Shown here one piece after another: positions 39,286-47,213 of a DNA stretch of 64,000 bases (position 1 is its first letter; every line of letters begins with the position of its first letter). The notes under the pieces were generated by a model. It had not been told where the DNA came from. It ran no database searches and worked only from the letters and a program-made list of their open reading frames with translations. The stretch comes from Planctomycetota bacterium (lineage in GTDB: Bacteria; Planctomycetota; B15-G4; SIAN01). Location: contig JANNXA010000014.1 of assembly GCA_031409275.1 (NCBI GenBank), positions 1 through 64,000 on the forward strand, written 5' to 3'. The position numbers were made by a program, and so were the translations under genes.

Positions 39286-41079
39286 ATGTACGTGCTCGGA
39301 CTCTCCTTCTACTACCACGACTCCTCCGCGGCCCTGGTGCAGGACGGGAAGATCGTGGCCGCGGCCGAGGAAGAACGCTTCAGCCGCATCAAGCACGACT
39401 CCGGCTTCCCCGGATTGGCGATCGACTTCTGCCTGCGCCGCGCCGGCATCACGCTGCAGGACGTCGACCTGATCGTCTTCTACGAGAAGCCGATCGTGAA
39501 GATGGAGCGCATCCTCACCACCGCCTTCTCGACCTTCCCGCGCAGCTGGGCGGTGTTCCGCGAATCGATGCACACGTGGTTGACGAAGAAGCTCTGGATC
39601 AAGGACCTGCTGAAGAAGCGGCTCGGCGTGAAGGCCGAGAAGATCGTCTTCGCCGACCACCACATGTCGCACGCGGCGTCGAGCTACTTCACTTCGCCCT
39701 ATGACCACGCCGCGATCCTCACGGTCGACGGCGCCGGCGAATGGACCACCGGCACGCTCGGCGTCGGCAAGGGCAACCGCATCAAGATCGTGAAGGAGAT
39801 GCGCTTTCCCCACTCGGTCGGGTTGCTCTACAGCGCGTTCACCGCCTACTGCGGCTTCGAAGTCAACGAAGGCGAGTACAAGCTGATGGGCATGGCGCCC
39901 TACGGCCAGCCGAAGTACGTCGACCGCATCAAGAAGATGATCCGCATCGGCGAGGATGGCTCGCTGTGGCACGACATGAGCCACTTCAGCTACCACTGGT
40001 CGCCGACCTCGACACTCTCCGCGAAGTTCTCCGAGGTGATGGGCCAGCCGCCGCGCGATCGCAAGCACGAGGACAAGACGCTCGACCCGTTCTATTGCGA
40101 CGTCGCCGCCAGCATCCAGAAGGTCACCGAGGAGATCCTCCTCAAGATGGCGACCTACCTGCACCACGAGACCGGCCTGAAGAAGCTGTGCATGGCGGGT
40201 GGCGTCGCGCTGAACTGCGTCGCCAACCACATCGTGCTGCGCAACACGCCCTTCGAGGAGATCTACATCCACCCGGCGGCGGGCGACGACGGCGGCGCGG
40301 TCGGCGCGGCGATGTGGGGCTACCACGAGGTGCTCGGCCAGGAGAAGAAGGCGCCCGCGCTCGACCACGCCTACCTCGGCAGCGAGTACGACCACGCGCA
40401 GATCGAGACGTTCCTCAAGCAGAACGACATCAAGTACGAACTGATCGAGGATGACGATCGCTTCTACACGCGCGCCGCCGAGGAGATGGCGGCGGGCAAG
40501 GTCGGCGGCTGGTTCCGCGGCCGCTTCGAGTGGGGTCCTCGGGCGCTCGGCGCGCGCTCGATCATCGCCGACCCGGGCCGCAAGGACATGAAGGAGACGG
40601 TCAACTCGAAGATCAAGTTCCGCGAGGCGTTCCGTCCGTTCGCGCCGTCGGTGATCCACGACCGCGCCGCCGAGTTCTTCGACATCGAGGATCCGGACAA
40701 GCACTTCCCCTATCGCTTCATGCTCTACGTCGCGCCCGTGCACGAGGACAAGAAGAAGCACCTCGACGCCATCACCCACGTCGACGGCACCGCGCGCCTG
40801 CAGACGGTCTACGAGGACAGCAACCCCGGCTACTACAAGATGATCCAGCGCTTCGGCGAAGGATCGGGCTACCCGATCGTCCTCAACACCAGCTTCAACC
40901 TGAAGGGCGAGCCGATCGTCGAGGACCCCTCGCACGCCTTCAACACCTTCTCGCTCTCGGGCATGGACGTCCTCTTCCTGCAGAATTTCATCGTGCAGAA
41001 GGACGCCAAGAAGATCCTGAAGCGGACCAAGTTCGCGCTGCGCCACGACGGCGACACGGTGACGGAGATGCTCTCGTGA
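39286..41079 (+). CDS. O-carbamoyltransferase (NodU/CmcH/SxtI family)
   Basis: YHDSSAA, EEERFSRIKHD, HHMSHA, GEYKLMGMA, GGVALNC, EWGPRALGARSI, FRPFAP, HVDGTARLQ and NTSFN motifs. Confidence 0.96.
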   Translation: MYVLGLSFYYHDSSAALVQDGKIVAAAEEERFSRIKHDSGFPGLAIDFCLRRAGITLQDVDLIVFYEKPIVKMERILTTAFSTFPRSWAVFRESMHTWLTKKLWIKDLLKKRLGVKAEKIVFADHHMSHAASSYFTSPYDHAAILTVDGAGEWTTGTLGVGKGNRIKIVKEMRFPHSVGLLYSAFTAYCGFEVNEGEYKLMGMAPYGQPKYVDRIKKMIRIGEDGSLWHDMSHFSYHWSPTSTLSAKFSEVMGQPPRDRKHEDKTLDPFYCDVAASIQKVTEEILLKMATYLHHETGLKKLCMAGGVALNCVANHIVLRNTPFEEIYIHPAAGDDGGAVGAAMWGYHEVLGQEKKAPALDHAYLGSEYDHAQIETFLKQNDIKYELIEDDDRFYTRAAEEMAAGKVGGWFRGRFEWGPRALGARSIIADPGRKDMKETVNSKIKFREAFRPFAPSVIHDRAAEFFDIEDPDKHFPYRFMLYVAPVHEDKKKHLDAITHVDGTARLQTVYEDSNPGYYKMIQRFGEGSGYPIVLNTSFNLKGEPIVEDPSHAFNTFSLSGMDVLFLQNFIVQKDAKKILKRTKFALRHDGDTVTEMLS

Positions 41080-42695
41080 GCGGACGCAAGCTGGAACGCG
41101 GCGGCACGCGGAATGGCTGGCGCGCCGGCGAGCGCGGCGGCGCCTTGGGCGTGCTGCTCGGCTGGGTGATGACGCTGCTGCTGCTGGCGCTGGCGCTCGA
41201 GGGGATCCTGCGCCTGTCGGGACTGCGTCCGGTGGTGACCATCAACGAGCCCGACCCGGAGCTTGGCTGGGCCAAGCGCAAGAACGAATCGACGCGCAAG
41301 GTGACCAGCGAGTTCGACGTCACCTTCTCGATCAACCCGCTCGGCCTGCGCGACGACGCCGACCTCACGCTGGCCAAGCCCGCCGGCACGCAGCGCGTAC
41401 TGGTCGTGGGCGACTCCTTCGTGCTCGGCTACACGGTCGAGCGCCACGACCATTTCGTCGACCTCGTCGAGCGGGCGCTGGTCGCCGATGGCCGCAAGGT
41501 GCAGCTCCTGAACGGCGGAACCGAGGGCTACTCGACCGATCAGGAGGTCGCGTGGCTGCGCCGTGACGGCTTCGCGTTCGCCCCCGACATCGTCGTGGCC
41601 TGCTTCTTCCAGAACGACGCCTGGATGAACGGCAAGACCAGCTACTCGGGCACCCCGAAGCCCCGCTTCGCGTTGGACGGGACGCTGGAACCCGCCGCTG
41701 CCAACACCGCGCCGCGCCGCGGCTGGCTCGCGACGCGCACCGCGCTGTTCGGGCTGGTCGACACGCTCCAGACGTCGATGCGCTACGGCAAGGAGCTCGC
41801 CTTCCAGGAGGGCGGGATGTCGATGCCGATGGATGAGGTGGTGATGCTGCGCACGCCGCCGGCCGCCGTCGCCGACTGCTGGACGCGCACCGCGGCCGGC
41901 TTTCGCGAGCTGAAGAAGAGCTGCGACGAGAAGGGCGCGAAGCTGCTGCTGGTGGCGATCCCGACGCGCGAAGAGATCGAGCCGGGCGCGCTCGCTCGCT
42001 GGTGCGACGCGCGCGGCGTCGCGCCGGACGCCGTCGATCCGCAGTCGCCGGCGCAGAAGGCGCTCGCGCTGGCGAGCGCCGCCGGCATCGCGACGCTCGA
42101 CCCGAAGGCGGCACTGGTCGCCGCCGCGAAGGACGGCACCAAGGTCTACTTCGAGAAGGACTGGCATCTCAATCCGGCTGGTTCGCGCGTCCTGGCGCGC
42201 CAGCTCTACGACACGCTCGCCGCGCCGGCGCTCCTCGGCGGTGCGCCGACGCCGGCTGGGGATGCCGCGTTCGACTTCGTGCCGGACAAGCCGATGGCGC
42301 GCTGGCCGTTCGTGCTCGGCGCCGTCTGGCTGCTGCTGTCGACGCTCTACGCGCGTACCAACCGCGACGAGTCGACGGTCGCGGCGTTCCTCCAGGTCGG
42401 CGTGATGATCGCCTCGGTGGTCGCCATCGTCGCGGGCTTCAGCTGGCTGATCGGACTGCTCGGACCGCGCATCGGCCGCTACGTCGGCATCGCGCTGCTG
42501 GTCGGATTCGGCGGCTGGCTCTTGTTCAAGATGGGGTCGAAGCTCTCGATCATCCGCGAGGTCTACGGCGCGTTCCTGCGCAATGGACTGTGGTACATGA
42601 TCCCGCTGATCGTGGTGATGCTGTCGATTGGCGGCCTGTTGGTGGTGGCGAGCAGCTCGCCGTTCATCGCGCCGTTCATCTATACGCTCTTTTGA
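41076..42695 (+). CDS. SGNH/AlgX-AlgJ-like hydrolase fused to a C-terminal SxtK/DUF5989-like peptide
   Basis: TM anchor, GDSF (block I), GYSTDQ, ND, DWH (block V), further TMs, ending WYMIPLIVVM...SSSPFIAPFIYTLF. Confidence 0.85.
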   Translation: MSGRKLERGGTRNGWRAGERGGALGVLLGWVMTLLLLALALEGILRLSGLRPVVTINEPDPELGWAKRKNESTRKVTSEFDVTFSINPLGLRDDADLTLAKPAGTQRVLVVGDSFVLGYTVERHDHFVDLVERALVADGRKVQLLNGGTEGYSTDQEVAWLRRDGFAFAPDIVVACFFQNDAWMNGKTSYSGTPKPRFALDGTLEPAAANTAPRRGWLATRTALFGLVDTLQTSMRYGKELAFQEGGMSMPMDEVVMLRTPPAAVADCWTRTAAGFRELKKSCDEKGAKLLLVAIPTREEIEPGALARWCDARGVAPDAVDPQSPAQKALALASAAGIATLDPKAALVAAAKDGTKVYFEKDWHLNPAGSRVLARQLYDTLAAPALLGGAPTPAGDAAFDFVPDKPMARWPFVLGAVWLLLSTLYARTNRDESTVAAFLQVGVMIASVVAIVAGFSWLIGLLGPRIGRYVGIALLVGFGGWLLFKMGSKLSIIREVYGAFLRNGLWYMIPLIVVMLSIGGLLVVASSSPFIAPFIYTLF

Positions 42696-42696
42696 C

Positions 42697-42773
42697 CGTT
42701 GCAGCTGACGACGGCGCCGCGGACGGCGGACGCAAGCGATCCGGCTCCAGCACGGCGCCGTCGCAGCTGAACG
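42697..42773. repeat. attC-like imperfect palindrome A
   Basis: CGTT-G-CAGCTG-A-CGACGGCGCCG pairs perfectly (21 bp) with CGGCGCCGTCGCAGCTGAACG apart from unpaired G42701 and A42708. Confidence 0.7.
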
Positions 42774-42821
42774 TTGCCATCGCTCCGACGAGCGCGAGGA
42801 CGCGCTCGCGGGCGAAACGGC

Positions 42822-42894
42822 GATGCAGCTGACGAACGGCGCGCCGCGGGGACGGCAGCAGGAACGGTGGAAGTCGCGCCGTTCGCAGCTGATC
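42822..42894. repeat. attC-like imperfect palindrome B
   Basis: GAT-G-CAGCTG-A-CGAACGGCGCG pairs perfectly (20 bp) with CGCGCCGTTCGCAGCTGATC apart from unpaired G42825 and A42832. Confidence 0.7.
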
Positions 42895-43015
42895 CGGGTG
42901 GACTCGAGCGCGCTGCGCGCGGCTCGAGCTGAGCGGTGGCGGGCAAGGGGGCGGCGATTCGCGCGCGCAACCCGGTGATCCTCGGCAGAATGCGGACCCT
43001 TCCACGGAGCTTGCC

Positions 43016-43909
43016 CTGAAACCACTCGTGCTCTACCACGGGCAATGCCTCGACGGCTTCGCGGCCGCTTGGGTCGCGTTCCAGCGCTTCGGCGGCGCTG
43101 GCGAGTACCACGCCGTCCAATTCGGCGAGACGCTGCGCTGGCCGGTCGACGGGCGCGATGTGCTCATCCTCGACTTCAGCTTCCCGCGCGAGCAGTTGAT
43201 CGACATGAAGCAGCGCGCCACGTCGCTGCTGGTGCTCGACCATCACGTGACGGCGCAGCAGGACCTGGCCGGCCTCGACTTCGCGCAGTTCGACCTCACG
43301 CGCGCCGGCTGCACGCTGACCTGGGACTGGTTCTTCCCTGGCGAGCCGCGCCCCTGGCTGCTGGGCTACGTCGAGGACAAGGACCTCTGGCGATGGAAGC
43401 TCCCCGACAGCCAGGAGGTCGCGGCGGCGCTCCAGAGCTACTCACGCTCGTTCAAGACGTGGGACAAGATCCTGCGCAAAGGCATCGACGCGCTGGTCGC
43501 CGAAGGGCGCCCGATCCTGCGCTACAAGAACCGACTGATCGAAACGGCCGCCAGCCGCGTGAAGATGATCGACTTCGAGGGCCACCGCATCCCGGTGGTG
43601 ACCAGTTGCATGCTGCAGAGCGAGATCGGCGGCCGCTTGGCGAAGGACCATCCGTTCGTCGCCATCGTCTTCGAGTCGGGTTCGCGCCGCATCTGGAGCC
43701 TGCGCTCGCACGAGGAGGGCGGCATCAACGTCGCCGAGATCGCCAAGCGCCACGGCGGCGGCGGCCATCCCAACGCGGCGGGGTTCATCGAGCCGTTGCG
43801 TGACGATGGACGCCAAGAGCTCGTCGAGCCGGCGCTCCCCATCTCGGCGGCAGAGCTCTCCGAACTCAGCGACAGCGAAGGCGACGGCAAGGACCTGCTG
43901 CCGAGCTGA
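43016..43909 (+). CDS. DHH/DHHA1 phosphoesterase (NrnB-like); probable CTG start
   Basis: (M)KPLVLYHGQCLDG, ILDFS, LDHH, EDKDLW, SLRS and GGGHPNAAG motifs; GGAG-N6-CTG at 43016. Alternative GTG 43028. Confidence 0.88.
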   Translation: MKPLVLYHGQCLDGFAAAWVAFQRFGGAGEYHAVQFGETLRWPVDGRDVLILDFSFPREQLIDMKQRATSLLVLDHHVTAQQDLAGLDFAQFDLTRAGCTLTWDWFFPGEPRPWLLGYVEDKDLWRWKLPDSQEVAAALQSYSRSFKTWDKILRKGIDALVAEGRPILRYKNRLIETAASRVKMIDFEGHRIPVVTSCMLQSEIGGRLAKDHPFVAIVFESGSRRIWSLRSHEEGGINVAEIAKRHGGGGHPNAAGFIEPLRDDGRQELVEPALPISAAELSELSDSEGDGKDLLPS

Positions 43910-43933
43910 GCGCCGAAGCGTCCGGGCGGCTCC

Positions 43934-45385
43934 TCAACGAGCGCGCGCGTCCGGCTCGAAGCCGCCCCCCACCGCTTTGCACAACGCGATCGTGGCCAGA
44001 AGTTCGCCGGCCGCGGCGCTCGCCGTCTCCTGCTCGCTGTCGAGCAGCTGTTGTTCGGCGGTGGTGACCGCGAGGTAGTCGGTGAGGCCGCGCGTCCAGA
44101 GTTCGCGCGACAGGTCGAGCGTGCGCTGATCGGCGGCGCGCGCGATCGCGAGCGCTGCCCCCCGTTCACGCTCGCGCCAGGCGGCCGCGAGCGCGTCCTC
44201 GACTTCGACCAGTGCGGCGATCACCGACTGCTCGAAGCGAGCAAGTGCCTGCTCGGCGCGGGCGTCTTCGGCGGCCAGCGCCGCGCGCAGCCGGCCGTGG
44301 TTGAACAGCGGCACATGCAGATCGGGGCCGATCGACCACGCGGCGCTGCCGACGTCGCCCAGCGCGGCGAAATGGGTGCTCTGCAGGCCGAGGCCGCCGT
44401 TGAGCGTGAGGCGCGGGTAGAGATCGGCGGTGGCGACGCCGACGCGCGCCGTCGCGGCGGCGAGCTCTCGCTCGGCGCGCCGCAAGTCGGGACGCCGAGC
44501 GATCAGCTCCGCGGGCACTCCCGACTCGAACGACGGCGCGGACGGCAACGCAGCGGCCAGCGCCTGCTCGTCGGCAGGCTCGGCCAACCCCACCGGCAAC
44601 GACGCCGCCGGCACCGCCAGCAGCGTCGCGAGTTGATGGCGAGCCAGGTCCGCCTCACGCGCGAGGCGCGGCAACGTCGCCCCGGTGGCAGCGAGCGCCG
44701 ACTCCGCCTGGCTCGCCGGAAGTTCGCTGTCGATGCCCGCGGCGGCGCGCGCTCGCACCAGCGCGAGGCCGTCCTCCTGCGCGACGAGGTGGCGCCGTGC
44801 AAGCGCATGGCGGCGCTGCGCCGAGCGCAACTCCACGTACCGGCGCGCCACCTCCGCCGCCAGCGAGAGGCGCGCGGACGCGCCGGAAGCCTCGGCGGCC
44901 GCGAGATCGGCATCGGCCGCCTCGACGCTGCGGCGCACGCGTCCGAAGAGATCGACCTCGTAGCTCGCATCGAAGCCTGCGTCGAAGAGATCCTCTTCGC
45001 GGGCACTGAAGCGCGAGGCCGCGCCGGAGAGCTCCTCCGAACGACGGCTGCGCTCGTAGCGGCCGTTGGCAGAGAGCTCGGGCAACTGCGCGCCGCCGAC
45101 GACACCGCGCAGCGCGCGTGCCTCGCGAACACGCGCCGTCGCCTCGCGCAGCGTCGGGCTTTGCGCCAGGGCCTGTTCCACCAACTGCGACAGCGTCGGA
45201 TCACGAAACGCCTGCCACCAGGCCATCGGCATGGCATCGGTGCTCGCTCCGCCGTTCGATGGGGCGACGTAGCGTTCCGGCAATGCCACCGGCGGCGCGG
45301 CGTAGTCGGGGCCGACCGCCGCACAACCGAGCAGCAGCAGGCACGCGGCGGCGCCAAGCGGCGCTCGCAACGGCGTTCTGCTCAT
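43934..45385 (-). CDS. Efflux outer-membrane factor lipoprotein (NodT/OprM/TolC family)
   Basis: Lipobox LLGCAAVGPDY, WWQAFRDP, SYEVDLFGR, RRPDLRRAER and ADLYP motifs. Confidence 0.93.
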   Translation of the reverse strand: MSRTPLRAPLGAAACLLLLGCAAVGPDYAAPPVALPERYVAPSNGGASTDAMPMAWWQAFRDPTLSQLVEQALAQSPTLREATARVREARALRGVVGGAQLPELSANGRYERSRRSEELSGAASRFSAREEDLFDAGFDASYEVDLFGRVRRSVEAADADLAAAEASGASARLSLAAEVARRYVELRSAQRRHALARRHLVAQEDGLALVRARAAAGIDSELPASQAESALAATGATLPRLAREADLARHQLATLLAVPAASLPVGLAEPADEQALAAALPSAPSFESGVPAELIARRPDLRRAERELAAATARVGVATADLYPRLTLNGGLGLQSTHFAALGDVGSAAWSIGPDLHVPLFNHGRLRAALAAEDARAEQALARFEQSVIAALVEVEDALAAAWRERERGAALAIARAADQRTLDLSRELWTRGLTDYLAVTTAEQQLLDSEQETASAAAGELLATIALCKAVGGGFEPDARAR

Positions 45386-46464
45386 CGCGCCGCCCCAGCT
45401 TCGGCCTTCGCCGCGCCGACGCGCGTCTCCTCGATGAAGACATCCATCTGTTGGCCGACGAAGAGCGAGAGCGCCGGATCGACGATGCGGTAGATCACCT
45501 GCAGGACGCGGGTGTCGACCCGCTCGTTGGCATCGCCGGTGAGCGAACGCTTCGGAACCACGAACGGCTCGAAGCGGACGAACTCGAGCGCGCTCTCGAA
45601 CTCGCGATGGCCGCGCAGGTGCGCCTGCGCCCGCGCCTTCGCATCCACGCGCCACGCATCGTTCTCGTCGATGTCGACCCGCACGTGCCGGGTCGCGAGC
45701 GCGCCGAGCAGCAACAGCGGTTGTGCCAGCGCCCCCGCCGGCGCGTACTCGCCGGCGCGCACCTTCACCTGCAGGACGGTCGCCGCTGCGGGCGCGCGCA
45801 CGACCAGACGCTCGATCTCGACGGCCACTTGATCGCGTTCCGCCGCCGCGACGGCCACGTCGGCGCGGGCGACCGCGAGGTCAGGCTCCCACGAGCCCGC
45901 CTGCGCTCGCGTGAGCTGCGCCTGCGCCGTCGCCCGCCTCGTCTCCGCTGCCGCCACCGCGAAACGCTTGCGCGCGAGGAGCTCGGGCGCGACCGCCCGC
46001 GGATCGCTCACCGACTCCCAGCGCGCGACTTCGTCGGCGGCGTCGGCGAGCGCGCTGTTCGCTTCGTCGAGCTGCGCGACCAGCGGCGGCAGCTCCTCCG
46101 CACGCGGCAACTGCTCGAGCCGAGCAAGGCGCGCCTGCGCCGCCGCGAGCGCCGCCTCGCGCACGGCAAGTTCAGCGACACGGCTGCGAGCGTCGAGGCG
46201 AAACAGCGGCGCGCCGGCGGCGACCTCCGATCCGACGCTCACCTCCACGGCCACCACGAGTCCGCCGCTCGGCGCCCCGATCGCGATGTTCTCGCCGCTC
46301 GCTTCGACGATGCCGGCGCCGGCGACGAAGCGCTCGAACGGGGCGATCGCTGGAAACGACACGGGTGGCGCGATCGGCGCCGGAGTGGATCCCGCAACGA
46401 CCGTCCGCACCGCGAACACGGCGCCGAGCAGCGCGAGCAACGGCAGCAGGTACTTGCGAAACAT
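45382..46464 (-). CDS. Efflux membrane-fusion protein (HlyD family)
   Basis: N-terminal anchor, lipoyl-like halves, coiled coil, VRVDIDEND and PKRSLTG...RVDTRVLQVIY. Confidence 0.9.
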   Translation of the reverse strand: MFRKYLLPLLALLGAVFAVRTVVAGSTPAPIAPPVSFPAIAPFERFVAGAGIVEASGENIAIGAPSGGLVVAVEVSVGSEVAAGAPLFRLDARSRVAELAVREAALAAAQARLARLEQLPRAEELPPLVAQLDEANSALADAADEVARWESVSDPRAVAPELLARKRFAVAAAETRRATAQAQLTRAQAGSWEPDLAVARADVAVAAAERDQVAVEIERLVVRAPAAATVLQVKVRAGEYAPAGALAQPLLLLGALATRHVRVDIDENDAWRVDAKARAQAHLRGHREFESALEFVRFEPFVVPKRSLTGDANERVDTRVLQVIYRIVDPALSLFVGQQMDVFIEETRVGAAKAEAGAAR

Positions 46465-47213
46465 CAGTGCGGCTCCGAAGCGAGGGCGACGCGGCCAGGC
46501 TCGACGGCGCGGATGCAGCCGTCTTCCATCCGCGCGATGCGGTCAGCGAACCCGAAGATGCGGCTGTCGTGAGTCACGAGGACGAGGGCGCGATCGGGGC
46601 GGACGGCATGCGCGCGCAGCAGTTCCATCACGCCGTGGCCGGTGTCGGCATCGAGCGCGCTGGTCGGCTCGTCGCAGACCAGGAGGCGCGGCTCGTGGAC
46701 CAACGCGCGCGAGAGGGCGACGCGTTGCTGCTGGCCGCCGGAGAGGTCGCGCGGAGCGGAGCGGCGACGGGCGCCGAGACCCACCGAATCGAGCACCTCG
46801 CCGGCGCGCGCCAACGCCAGCGCGCGCGGCGTTCCGCGCAACAGGAGCGGAATGGCGACGTTCTCCTCGACCGACAGCGTCGGCACGAGGTTGTAGGCCT
46901 GGAACACGAAGCCGACGTTCGCCCCGCGCCAGCGCGTCAGCGCCGGCCCGCTGAGCTCGCGCAGATTCGCCCCGAGCACGGCGACCTCGCCGGCATCCGC
47001 GTCGAGGATCCCGGCCAGCACCGAGATGAGCGTCGTCTTGCCGCATCCCGAGGGCCCGACCAGCATCAGCAGCTCGCCGAGCGAGACGTCGAGGTCGACC
47101 TTGCGCAGCGCGTCGACGCGCGCGTCGCCGGTTCCGTAGCTCTTCTCGACGCCGCGGCAGCGGATCGCAAGCGATGGCGAAGCGGTGGGTGGTGTTGCGG
47201 CCATCGTGCTCAT
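46464..47213 (-). CDS. ABC transporter ATP-binding protein (DevA/LolD-like)
   Basis: GPSGCGKT, GFVFQ, LSGGQQQRV, DEPTSALD and VTHD motifs. Confidence 0.93.
   Translation of the reverse strand: MSTMAATPPTASPSLAIRCRGVEKSYGTGDARVDALRKVDLDVSLGELLMLVGPSGCGKTTLISVLAGILDADAGEVAVLGANLRELSGPALTRWRGANVGFVFQAYNLVPTLSVEENVAIPLLLRGTPRALALARAGEVLDSVGLGARRRSAPRDLSGGQQQRVALSRALVHEPRLLVCDEPTSALDADTGHGVMELLRAHAVRPDRALVLVTHDSRIFGFADRIARMEDGCIRAVEPGRVALASEPH

Noticed and set aside
39018..42695. Saxitoxin gene cluster (sxtI/J/K-like genes)
   Set aside because: No sxtA, sxtG or other core genes; these homologues are widespread and the context here is envelope biosynthesis.
42697..42932. CRISPR array suggested by ~62-nt periodic GCAGCTGA
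   Set aside because: The shared core is only 8-11 nt, the units are alternating arms of inverted repeats, and no cas genes are present.
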